A stretch of DNA of 64,000 bases from an uncultured virus (IMG/VR IMGVR_UViG_3300009163_000001). Lineage: Duplodnaviria > Heunggongvirae > Uroviricota > Caudoviricetes. The notes beneath the pieces were generated by a model, which was not told where the DNA came from, ran no database searches, and saw only the letters and a program-made list of their open reading frames with translations. The position numbers were made by a program, and so were the translations under genes. Positions 39,423 to 48,848 of this stretch are shown here, in pieces. Location of the stretch: the IMG/VR virus record IMGVR_UViG_3300009163_000001, one strand, 5' to 3'. Positions within the stretch are counted from its first letter, which is position 1. Each line of letters opens with the position of its first letter.

Positions 39423-41149
39423 CAATAAGAGCTTTCTATTCTAGGGGTGGCTTCTCAATCCAAGACCCACCAATTCAAGTTATCAATAATGTTGGCAACT
39501 ATAACGGTGGAACAGGAACATTCAGTGGTGCTGTAACTGCCCCAAGCTTTATTGGATCTATTGCCGCTTCATCTATTACTGGAACAACACTAGCATCTAA
39601 TGTTGTACTGTCATCCCTTACTAGTTTAGGTACAATTACTAGCGGTGTGTGGAACGGTACAGTTATTGGAGATACCTATATATCCTCAGCTGCCACTTGG
39701 AACACAGCGTCTACAGATAGACTCAAGTGGGATGGTGGAGCCACAGGACTTGTTGCGGCTACTGGTCGCACAAGTCTTGGTCTTGTTATAGGTACGAATG
39801 TACAAGCCTACAGTGCTACCTTAACCACAGCTGCTGGTGGTACATACACAGGCAATGTTACTGGAAATGTAAGTGGCTCATCTGGATCATGTACTGGAAA
39901 CGCAGCAACGGCTACAAATGTCCCATATACAGGTCTTACAGGAACGGTTCCAACTTGGAATCAAAGTACAACAGGTAACGCAGCAACAGTTACTAATGGT
40001 GCGTATACAAATATTGACAATAACTTCAGCGCAACACAAACATTTCAAGCAGATGTAAGTTTGACAGGTAATATTGAAATTGGTATACCAGCAATTTTTG
40101 CGGTGAATAATACAAGTGGAGAAATAACAATAGGTAACAAAGGTGGTAGTTATGCGTCTTTTGTTAATGATGCAATCTTCAACGGAGCAAATTTTCAAAG
40201 AGACATTACTGTAAATACAATGACAGTTGGTTTAGGTAACGGATACAATAATGGAAACTCTGTTGCTATTGGTACTGGCGCACTTTTAGAGTGTACGGAT
40301 GGAATTTATAATACTGCTATTGGTAGTGGTACATTAGGTGTATTAACTGTTGGCGGCGAAAATTCAGCATTTGGCTTTGGCGCACTTGCCGCTTTAGTTG
40401 ATGGATCTGAAAATATTGCAATTGGAAAAGCGGCACTTGGATCGTTAGAAAGTGGAAGTACAAACACGGCTATTGGAAAATCAGCAATGTTTGATGCCGT
40501 AGATGCCGAAGGAAATGTTGCTATTGGGGGAAGCGTATTGCAAGCAAATGTTAGCGGTGTTTACAATGTTGCTATTGGGGAATCATGTTTAACTAGTGGC
40601 GAATGTACTGGCAATGTTGCCAATGGTCGTTCAGCACTACAGAATACTACTGGCAATTACAATGTTGCTTTGGGATATCAAGCTGGTAGGTACAGAGGAA
40701 CATCGACATTAACATTGAATACAGCAACTGAAAGCATATTCATTGGAAACACTGCTAGGGCTTCGGCATCTGCAATGACTAGAGAAATAGTCATTGGATC
40801 AAATGCAGTTGGGCTAGGTTCTAATACTACTGTAATTGGTGTTAGCACAACGCTGGGCAACCGCATCTTTGGAGTTGCTTCAACTGGACAAGTTGCGCCA
40901 ACCGTTGCAAGCGCAACTACGATTGCGCCAACTAAGACAATCACATTCATCAGTGGAACTACAGCCATTGCCACAATCACGGCTCCATCTCTAATTGCAT
41001 CTACTGGCGGTCAGATCACATTAATTCCAACTGGCATATTCACAACAACCACTGCTGGAAATATTGCATTGGCAAGTACTGCGGTTGTTAGCAAGGCTTT
41101 GATTATGACTTATGACGCAACCACAACTAAGTGGTATCCATCTTACTAA
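39419..41149 (+). CDS. second tail fibre/adhesin with N.AIG..AL repeats
   Basis: GTITSGVWNGT, RTSLGLVIGTNVQAY and GNAAT fibre motifs; about ten 14-aa YadA-head-like repeats. Confidence 0.8.
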   Translation: MTIRAFYSRGGFSIQDPPIQVINNVGNYNGGTGTFSGAVTAPSFIGSIAASSITGTTLASNVVLSSLTSLGTITSGVWNGTVIGDTYISSAATWNTASTDRLKWDGGATGLVAATGRTSLGLVIGTNVQAYSATLTTAAGGTYTGNVTGNVSGSSGSCTGNAATATNVPYTGLTGTVPTWNQSTTGNAATVTNGAYTNIDNNFSATQTFQADVSLTGNIEIGIPAIFAVNNTSGEITIGNKGGSYASFVNDAIFNGANFQRDITVNTMTVGLGNGYNNGNSVAIGTGALLECTDGIYNTAIGSGTLGVLTVGGENSAFGFGALAALVDGSENIAIGKAALGSLESGSTNTAIGKSAMFDAVDAEGNVAIGGSVLQANVSGVYNVAIGESCLTSGECTGNVANGRSALQNTTGNYNVALGYQAGRYRGTSTLTLNTATESIFIGNTARASASAMTREIVIGSNAVGLGSNTTVIGVSTTLGNRIFGVASTGQVAPTVASATTIAPTKTITFISGTTAIATITAPSLIASTGGQITLIPTGIFTTTTAGNIALASTAVVSKALIMTYDATTTKWYPSY

Positions 41150-41169
41150 AAATTAACAGGAGAACTAAC

Positions 41170-41298
41170 ATGATTACAATTGCAACTATTTCATCTTTCG
41201 TCGGTAGCGTATTCTTTGGCGCATTCCTCTTTGTGGCTGGCTATGTCCTTGGCAACCTGATCTCGGTTGATAAGGTCAAGAGCTGGCTCGGAAAGTAA
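41170..41298 (+). CDS. small membrane protein, holin candidate (42 aa, not in ORF track)
   Basis: AGGAG SD; MITIATISSFVGSVFFGAFLFVAGYVLGNLISVDKVKSWLGK; same position as T7 gp17.5. Confidence 0.65.
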   Translation: MITIATISSFVGSVFFGAFLFVAGYVLGNLISVDKVKSWLGK

Positions 41299-41301
41299 TA
41301 C

Positions 41302-41523
41302 ATGAACTATGCTAAACAAATCCAAGCCTTGAATAATGGCTTAATCAAACAACTGTTATCAGACCTTGGTGACCCAACTAAGTGTAGTCCAGGATTATAC
41401 CTTGTTATTCGTGGTATGATCACTGACAACAGGGATGCTTTGGATAACATTCCTAATTCAGCCCTAGAAGAACTAGAGGCTAAGTTGGCAACTAAGGCTC
41501 CGTTTAAATTTAAGGTGGGATAA
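41302..41523 (+). CDS. terminase small subunit (gp18-like)
   Basis: L..L...L...L...P.L..VIRG..TDN...PF; TAATG-coupled to the large subunit. Confidence 0.75.
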   Translation: MNYAKQIQALNNGLIKQLLSDLGDPTKCSPGLYLVIRGMITDNRDALDNIPNSALEELEAKLATKAPFKFKVG

Positions 41524-43211
41524 TGAATGTACCGCAAGAGATGGTTGATGATTTCCGTAATCATCTTTGGGCTTGTTTCAAGTACTTAGGAATCGGAGAA
41601 CCGACTCCATTACAGTACGCTATGGCAGAAGCCATGCAGAACGGTCCTAAAGACTTCCAGATGCAAGCAGGGCGTGGAGCTGGCAAGAGCGTAATCAACG
41701 CTTGCTTCGCATCGTGGCGGCTTCTAATGGATGCTAATAAGACCATCATGGTCTTGTCAGCAACCTCTGGTAGAGCCATCTCTTTCATTGCACAGGTTAG
41801 AAAGATAATTGATGTGGTTCCTTATTGTGAACACCTTAAGCCTAAGGAACACGATAAGGATAATGCATTTGGTTTCAATGTTGGATGCAAGACTACCTAC
41901 GGACAAGATCTGTCCTGCTATGCCAAGGGTATAACAGGACAGATCACAGGTAGCCATGCTGACGATATCATAGTGGATGATATTGAGATCGAGAAGAACT
42001 CAGATACTCCTTATGCTAGAGAACGGCTACTCAATAAGATAGCCGAACTAGAGCAGATTAGAAACAATACAGACGATGGATGCATCCGTATCTTGGGTAC
42101 ATTCCAATCGACTGACAGCGTATATCTTAAGCTATCTAACAGTTACCCTATTATTAAGTTCCCAGCTATTATGCCAAACCCTGATATTGCTGGGGAAATA
42201 GATTACTGTTCCGATTACATCTTAAAGTTGGGGCTAGAGATAGGAGACAGTACTCAGCCTGAGCGGTTCCCTTTAGATGTCCTCAAGCAAAGGGAAGCTA
42301 AGATTGGCTTAAAGTTATTCTCACTACATTACAAATTAGATCCATCTCTTAGCGATAGGTCTAAGTATCCCCTTAAGTTAGAAGATTTAATTGTTATTGA
42401 TGCTAGTCCTGAGTTGTTCCCTGAGAAGATTACTTGGGAGAAGAAGAACCACAACAAGACTATTGAGTCGTTTGGTATCACAGGCGATCTCCTGTATGAC
42501 CCACAATGGGTATCTCCCAACTTCATCCCCTACCAACAGACCGTCATGTTTGTTGACCCCAGTGGTCGTGGAGATGACGAGACAGCCATCTGTATCGCAT
42601 CCTTTGTGAATGGCTACATTGTGGTGCATGAACTCATTGGACTACAGGGCGGCTATGCTGAGCCTATCCTACGCAAGATAGGTAAGCTTGCCTATGAATA
42701 CAAGATCAAGTGTATCCGTGTTGAGTCTAACTTTGGTGATGCCATGTACTGCAACCTTCTGAAACCAGTGGTGTGCAGTATGTGTGGTCCAATTGCTATA
42801 GAAGACTTTAGAGTTACTGGCAATAAGGAACAGCGTATCATTAAGGTACTTGAGCCATTGATGTCAGTACATAAACTGATATTCAATACTAAGGCTATTA
42901 AAGATCCTGAGAACCAGAAACAGATCACTAGGTTAACGGAAAGAAAAGGTAGCTTAAAGCATGACGATAGAGTTGATATCCTTGGTAGTGCTGTGGCTTA
43001 TTGGCAGGACATGGTATCGCTGGATGCAGATACACAGATTGGAAAAAACAAAGTTAAAGAACAACAAGAGATCGTTAAAGGCTGGCTTGATAATAAAAGG
43101 TCTCTAGGATTGCTTGGCGACCGAATTAGTGGAGCCATATTACTTAATGGTCATCCAGTCAATATGAAAAATAGATTTCCAAGTGTGGTAAAACAAAGGT
43201 ATAAAAGATGA
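41523..43211 (+). CDS. terminase large subunit (gp19-like)
   Basis: QAGRGAGKS, GITGQITGSHAD, DDIE, DPSGRGDDE, ESNFGD, HDDRVD. Confidence 0.97.
   Translation: MNVPQEMVDDFRNHLWACFKYLGIGEPTPLQYAMAEAMQNGPKDFQMQAGRGAGKSVINACFASWRLLMDANKTIMVLSATSGRAISFIAQVRKIIDVVPYCEHLKPKEHDKDNAFGFNVGCKTTYGQDLSCYAKGITGQITGSHADDIIVDDIEIEKNSDTPYARERLLNKIAELEQIRNNTDDGCIRILGTFQSTDSVYLKLSNSYPIIKFPAIMPNPDIAGEIDYCSDYILKLGLEIGDSTQPERFPLDVLKQREAKIGLKLFSLHYKLDPSLSDRSKYPLKLEDLIVIDASPELFPEKITWEKKNHNKTIESFGITGDLLYDPQWVSPNFIPYQQTVMFVDPSGRGDDETAICIASFVNGYIVVHELIGLQGGYAEPILRKIGKLAYEYKIKCIRVESNFGDAMYCNLLKPVVCSMCGPIAIEDFRVTGNKEQRIIKVLEPLMSVHKLIFNTKAIKDPENQKQITRLTERKGSLKHDDRVDILGSAVAYWQDMVSLDADTQIGKNKVKEQQEIVKGWLDNKRSLGLLGDRISGAILLNGHPVNMKNRFPSVVKQRYKR
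42227..42242 (+). promoter_or_regulatory. possible gene-internal phage promoter
   Basis: GTTGGGGCTAGAGATA, 15/16 match to the promoter core, upstream of the internal virion genes. Confidence 0.5.
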
Positions 43212-43738
43212 CGATAATGAACTATACGCCTACTGAGTTGGCTTGTATTGTTGAACAAACCCAACAACAAGAGATTGTAATAGTAGAGCAGGATCTAGTT
43301 GTAAAACATAGACTTGATCTTGTTGAGATGAGCTTACAAAATGAAAAGGTCAGGGAGATAGAGCGTATAGTATTAAAGATGCCTCAATTGATTATTGAGA
43401 TTAATGATTTCATACACGGTAAGATGTATTCACGGACTATGTTCTGTCCAGCGGGTGCTATTGTAACTGGGGCATTAACTAAAATAGATAATATCTGTAT
43501 TATGCATGGTGATGTTACTGTTACAACTGATTATGGATTACAAAGGTTTACTGGATACCATGTGCTGCCATCTTTTGGTGGCGGTAAGAGAGCTTTGTTA
43601 TTCCATGCTGATACTTATTGGACTACTCTTATTCATACAGAAACAAAAGATTGTAAAATAGCCGAAGAAGAATTTACCGATGAGGCAGAGATGCTTCAAT
43701 CAAGAAAAGAAAGAAAAGGTAAAACATGGCAGGAGTAA
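43208..43738 (+). CDS. cupin-like hypothetical phage protein
   Basis: F...MYSRTMFCPAG..VTG..., G.KR.L..H.DT.WTT.H pattern. Confidence 0.7.
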   Translation: MTIMNYTPTELACIVEQTQQQEIVIVEQDLVVKHRLDLVEMSLQNEKVREIERIVLKMPQLIIEINDFIHGKMYSRTMFCPAGAIVTGALTKIDNICIMHGDVTVTTDYGLQRFTGYHVLPSFGGGKRALLFHADTYWTTLIHTETKDCKIAEEEFTDEAEMLQSRKERKGKTWQE

Positions 43739-44385
43739 TAGCTGGTGCTTTAGTTATTGGTGGTTTGGCGGCGGCTTCTGGGATTCTTGGGGGCATAGGA
43801 GCAAACCAGCAAGCCGCTGCTGCTGCTAAACAAGCACAAATGGCTAAGGAGAATGCTGAGTTTCAGCGTAGGTGGACTGTTGATGCTAACAATAGAAATA
43901 TTCTAAAGAATAACCTTGCTAAAGCTATTGCTAATAAGCAGATTGAAACTTTAGCAATCAGCCAACGAGCGATTGCTGAAGTGTATGGTAAGATGGGCTT
44001 TGATAATGCTAAGAGTCAGTACAGCAAACAAACAAGTCAAGTTAATTCTGCTCTATTAAGCAGTGTATCTAGTCGTGGTATGTCCTCATCGTCTGGTACT
44101 GCAAGAGCATTGCTCAGACAGAATATTGCAAACTCACAAACCAACATGGCTAATTTACGGATTACACAAATGAATAAGAATCGTGATATTGAAACCTCAT
44201 ATCAAAACACATTGAATAAACGAGACTTTAATTATACAGAACTGCAAACATTCTTACATGGAGATACTACTGTTAATAGTGGACAAACTAGTATGGGGAT
44301 GATCTTGGGGATGTCAGCACTTAGTGGATTGCAAGCTGGTGTTAGTGCTAATCTTATGTATGGTAAACCCGCAGCTCCCGCATAA
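43726..44385 (+). CDS. internal virion protein (gp14-like)
   Basis: Gly/Ala-rich hydrophobic ends, Gln/Asn-rich helix, RG...SG motif. Confidence 0.7.
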   Translation: MAGVIAGALVIGGLAAASGILGGIGANQQAAAAAKQAQMAKENAEFQRRWTVDANNRNILKNNLAKAIANKQIETLAISQRAIAEVYGKMGFDNAKSQYSKQTSQVNSALLSSVSSRGMSSSSGTARALLRQNIANSQTNMANLRITQMNKNRDIETSYQNTLNKRDFNYTELQTFLHGDTTVNSGQTSMGMILGMSALSGLQAGVSANLMYGKPAAPA

Positions 44386-44410
44386 ACCAACAAGCATAAG
44401 GAAATAAAAT

Positions 44411-45463
44411 ATGAACCAAGATTTAATGAACCAATTACAACAAATAGCAAGTGGTAAGGTATACTCTGGATCTGATAGTTATGATAAGATCAATGAGGTA
44501 AAAGCTGGAGATCTTAAGAAGAAGCTAAACCAACTAGAGTCTAATATTAAACAAATGTACCCAACAAAACCAGACAAGGTATTTGAGACATTCAAACAAC
44601 AGACTAAGGATATTGCCTTACCAACCGACAGCATCAAAGAGTTCTACTGGAACAAGTATTTAGACATGCATCCAGATGGTCGTGATGCCGCTAAGAAATT
44701 GCTTGTTAGACAAATAGAACAAGAGATGAATATGTTCAACAGTCCAGCCGAAAAGGAATTCTTCCTGCGTGATAAGATCTCTAGGTTTCCTTCTTGGCTG
44801 ACTAAGGAATTCAAAGGTGATGTACAAAACCTAGCCTTTAGAAACTCTTACAGTAACCTCAGCAAGTCAAAGCAAGTCTATAAGGACGATCTTTCAAAGA
44901 GACTTCGTAAGTTGGCTGACCGACAACTAGACCCAGATGTGGGTGAGGAAGCCCATGTAAATGATCTTATGAAGCTTGAGAAGATGAACCTAATGGATGT
45001 TGCTGATTCTCTCAATGGTCGCTTTGGTGTTGCCGATAAGAATGGTAACTTCAATCCAGCCTTTGATCTTAGAGATAGATCACAAGTATTCTCTAATGAT
45101 TCCGAGAGTACCCCAGGACCTGATGAACAACTGATGGTTGATGATTTAGCACCGCCGTTTATTAGAGACTATGTTAAGGGTAACTTGGCTAATCAACGGA
45201 GTCGTATCAACATGGATAACAAGGCATCTGAAGGTGTTGCTGGTATGATGCTTGAGCAAGGTAAGTTTACTATTGATAAGTGGGGAGAGGCTTTCTCTAT
45301 GTTTGCAAAGCCAAATTATCCTCTATTGATTGAGCGTGGTCTTAGGGGTGAGATCAACTCTGGTCGTGTACACAGCGACGAAGATTTAACTAAAGCTATT
45401 TACATGGCTACTAACCAATACAAAGACCTATTAGGAGACATGAACAATGCCACCAACGCCTGA
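44411..45463 (+). CDS. putative internal virion protein
   Basis: TAAGGA SD; helical composition; position. Confidence 0.6.
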   Translation: MNQDLMNQLQQIASGKVYSGSDSYDKINEVKAGDLKKKLNQLESNIKQMYPTKPDKVFETFKQQTKDIALPTDSIKEFYWNKYLDMHPDGRDAAKKLLVRQIEQEMNMFNSPAEKEFFLRDKISRFPSWLTKEFKGDVQNLAFRNSYSNLSKSKQVYKDDLSKRLRKLADRQLDPDVGEEAHVNDLMKLEKMNLMDVADSLNGRFGVADKNGNFNPAFDLRDRSQVFSNDSESTPGPDEQLMVDDLAPPFIRDYVKGNLANQRSRINMDNKASEGVAGMMLEQGKFTIDKWGEAFSMFAKPNYPLLIERGLRGEINSGRVHSDEDLTKAIYMATNQYKDLLGDMNNATNA

Positions 45464-48400
45464 GCAATTACAAATAGATATTAATCAGAACTTAGTACCA
45501 CAAGCCACACAAGTAGCACCAACTATTATTGATCCAAGTAATACAGCGGCAGTTACTCCAGAGGGCGTAGTATCTATGCCAGAACCACAGCAGTGGATTG
45601 GTGGTATTGATTATGGTATGAACTGGTATGCATTAGGAGCTAAAGCATTTGATGTGGCTGGTAATATATATGAAAAAGTACTTGATTACAATATACAGAA
45701 GAAGGGTGCTGAGGTAGCTGATGCAATCTTCGACAGTGAAACTCAAGTCTACGATAGCTTTAACGCCACCCAACTAGATGAATCTGGTAATGAAGTACCA
45801 CATGATATCAACAGTATTACTAAGTTTTATGAAGATAAACAAACACAACTGCGAACAAAAATTAATGAGATTATTGGTAATGATATCTTTGATCCTAATT
45901 TTACATTTGATGGGTATGGCTCAAAATGGTTTCCAGTTATTGATGGTGCAAGAAAGGGGTACTCAGAACTAGCAAAGGCTGGTCAACGAGTACAAAGAGA
46001 TACACTTGTAGCAGCCAAAGAACAACAAGATATTTTTACGGCTCTTGATGCTAATAGAAAAGGTCTTCAAAAAACCTCTAAACAAACAACTATGGTAGAC
46101 GACCTATATGTTAGTAAGCGACAAGAATTAGTTAATAAAACTGTTTTTACAATCCCAGCTAGTACAGACAATAGCGGAAGATATGCAAATGAAAAAACAA
46201 CTATTATTGATAAAGAAAACGGTACTTTAACCGTACAATCTTCGTTTGCAGATTTACCACCAATAGAACAACAAAGATTAGTTTCGTCAGTGTCAGATGT
46301 ATTTCAACCAGCAGCTGGTCAAAGTATTACACCATCTCAATCAAAATCTTTCCACGAGTTAGCTACATCAGATCTTTCTATTATGAATCAAAATGAACTT
46401 GCTTGGGATATGATAAGCCTTTCATCATTACCACCATCTCAATTTAATGCAATGCTTATTTCTGGTCAAGATTTAGACGCACAACAAAAAAATAGATTAT
46501 CATTTATAAGAACACTTGGGTTTTCTGGAATGCCTAACAGTAAAATTGTATCTTTTGTAAAAAGTACACCACCAGATGTTGCTGCCAAAGTAGCTAATAT
46601 AGTTTCTTATATGTCAAACAATAATCCAACAACAAATTTACCACACGCTTCTGATGCTGCTGCATTAGAAGCTAATATTTTTACTGGTATTAGCCCAGAA
46701 TTTAAATTAACAAACGATCACGAAACAATTCAAGCTATGTCTAGTAGATATCCTAGTGTTCGTGATTACATAGCAACAGTTGCGTATATTTCTAATCTGC
46801 CAATTGAGCAAGTAGAAAAAGATAAGTCTATTAATTTAATCAGAGAACAGTTTAATGCTAATCATGCAATGATAAAATCGGGTGAGATAGAAACTTTAAT
46901 TGATATAAGAAATATTCCAGTTCTTTCAGCTCCTTTATCTGGACCACTAGATAGAATGATTAAGGAAAGTATGCCTGTGGGTTATTCGGGAATGGGGACC
47001 ATGAAAACACAGGATAAAATTATAATGTATCATTCAGCTCAATTAGCTACCGTGACATATAATGGTAATACAGAAGCTTTAGTAAATAACAGAGAAAAAA
47101 GTTTTGATAGTACATATAATACAACTCATGTTATTGTAAATAATAGAATAGAAAATATTATAAAAAGTGAGTTCTTAAAATTAAGATCGCAAACTAAAGA
47201 TAAAGAAACTGGTAAACAAGTTACTGGTGGCTTAACAGATAGCCTTATACTTCAATATGTTCTTGCATCATCAGATCAAGCATTAGCTAATTTTAATGGT
47301 GGAAAAACACCAGTAACAGAAGCAGAAATTTTAGCTGCTTACAATAAAGGAATGGCAAGTATTGGACCAGCACATTCTTGGAAGTGGGATGTTGATACCA
47401 CCACTGATTCGGAAGTATCAAGAATAAAACAAGACGGTACTTCTAGTGTTCCGATGCGACTTAAATCAATCCCAATAAGAACTAACGATATGTCTAATGG
47501 TACTGGTGGTTTTTCTAATTTATTAGATAACAATACAATTTTTCCATCAGATAATAAAGATCGTCTTATTAAAAATAGCGGTGGAAAACCAACCTATGCT
47601 TTAACAAGTAATAAAAATGTTTATGGAATGATAGATATAACTGGTCAACAAGAAGATCTTGCTGAGTTTGTAGCTTCTACTAAAAGTGGTAAAGCTCCAG
47701 TAACATTTAGAAGTGGGGATATAGATCAATTTGGTCTCGATCATTATGTAGACCAACCTAAAACAAAAGAGCAAATTGTTTTTGAAGTATCTAATAATTT
47801 AATAAGGGAAGTTAGAAATACAAATCTGGATACAAGCTTTCTTGGTAGTGATCCTAAATTAGATAGTAGAGAAAAATTTAAAATGGCAATCTATAAAGAC
47901 CAACCATTTTTAATTCATCATACTGCTACTAAATTGGGAATATCAAATATACAAGCAACCAATATTGTGCATGAGTTATTAACTGATGAGAAATATTTAG
48001 ATACTATTTATAATAGAAATGTAGATGATACATATCTACATGCATTAGCTGATACTACAATCACTATAGCTCAGTTTCAAACCAATAACTCAATCTTACC
48101 ATCACTTAAAATACCAGAAGCTCAAGCTCCAACCTTTACAACCGAAATATTACATCAACCAAACCAACAGATAACTAACGAACCAATAACACCATCACCA
48201 GTAGTTTCTACACCAGTAGAAACACTAGATCAAAAGAAAGAACGATTTAAAAAAGAAGGAATGACTGACGCAGATATAGAAAGAATGTTAAAATTTAAAT
48301 CTGTAAATCCAGATGCAGTAAGTCCTGGATCTGTTCGTGGGTCTAACGCTAGTGACTTTATTTCTAAACAAGAAGGCTTTAGAACTGATGCCTATTGGGA

Positions 48401-48794
48401 TAAGACTGGCTGGGCTATTGGTAATGGCTCTCGTACTAAGTTAGATGGAACTCCTGTCAAAGAAGGAGATAAGGTTACAAAAGAACAAGCTACTACAATG
48501 TTAAATAACTATGTAGATGCTGTTCGGTCTAAATTAGAGAAGGAAGTTCCAACTTGGAATGAATTAAATATGAATCAACAAGATGCTTTAATTTCATTTG
48601 GGTATAATGTTGGTCCAGATTTTTATGGTAAGAAAGATTTTGAAACAATCACTAAAGCGTTATCTACAATTGATACATTAAAGACAGTTCCAGATGCTAT
48701 TAAATTATATAATAAATCTGGTGGTAAAGTTCTTAATGGGTTGATCAATAGAAGAAAAGCAGAAATTGATCTTTGGAATTCAGTAGTTCGATAA
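45447..48794 (+). CDS. internal virion protein with C-terminal GH24 lysozyme domain
   Basis: From about 48348: EGFRTDAYWD, IGNG, NQQDALISFGYNVG, GGKVLNGLINRRKAE. Confidence 0.85.
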   Translation: MPPTPEQLQIDINQNLVPQATQVAPTIIDPSNTAAVTPEGVVSMPEPQQWIGGIDYGMNWYALGAKAFDVAGNIYEKVLDYNIQKKGAEVADAIFDSETQVYDSFNATQLDESGNEVPHDINSITKFYEDKQTQLRTKINEIIGNDIFDPNFTFDGYGSKWFPVIDGARKGYSELAKAGQRVQRDTLVAAKEQQDIFTALDANRKGLQKTSKQTTMVDDLYVSKRQELVNKTVFTIPASTDNSGRYANEKTTIIDKENGTLTVQSSFADLPPIEQQRLVSSVSDVFQPAAGQSITPSQSKSFHELATSDLSIMNQNELAWDMISLSSLPPSQFNAMLISGQDLDAQQKNRLSFIRTLGFSGMPNSKIVSFVKSTPPDVAAKVANIVSYMSNNNPTTNLPHASDAAALEANIFTGISPEFKLTNDHETIQAMSSRYPSVRDYIATVAYISNLPIEQVEKDKSINLIREQFNANHAMIKSGEIETLIDIRNIPVLSAPLSGPLDRMIKESMPVGYSGMGTMKTQDKIIMYHSAQLATVTYNGNTEALVNNREKSFDSTYNTTHVIVNNRIENIIKSEFLKLRSQTKDKETGKQVTGGLTDSLILQYVLASSDQALANFNGGKTPVTEAEILAAYNKGMASIGPAHSWKWDVDTTTDSEVSRIKQDGTSSVPMRLKSIPIRTNDMSNGTGGFSNLLDNNTIFPSDNKDRLIKNSGGKPTYALTSNKNVYGMIDITGQQEDLAEFVASTKSGKAPVTFRSGDIDQFGLDHYVDQPKTKEQIVFEVSNNLIREVRNTNLDTSFLGSDPKLDSREKFKMAIYKDQPFLIHHTATKLGISNIQATNIVHELLTDEKYLDTIYNRNVDDTYLHALADTTITIAQFQTNNSILPSLKIPEAQAPTFTTEILHQPNQQITNEPITPSPVVSTPVETLDQKKERFKKEGMTDADIERMLKFKSVNPDAVSPGSVRGSNASDFISKQEGFRTDAYWDKTGWAIGNGSRTKLDGTPVKEGDKVTKEQATTMLNNYVDAVRSKLEKEVPTWNELNMNQQDALISFGYNVGPDFYGKKDFETITKALSTIDTLKTVPDAIKLYNKSGGKVLNGLINRRKAEIDLWNSVVR

Positions 48795-48848
48795 TTAACT
48801 AACACAACTTATTCATGGCACGAAAGTTCCCAGAAAGGTATTACACTT

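Noticed and set aside
31069..41149. Diversity-generating retroelement or invertase system acting on the fibres
   Set aside because: No reverse transcriptase, recombinase or near-identical TR/VR pair seen.
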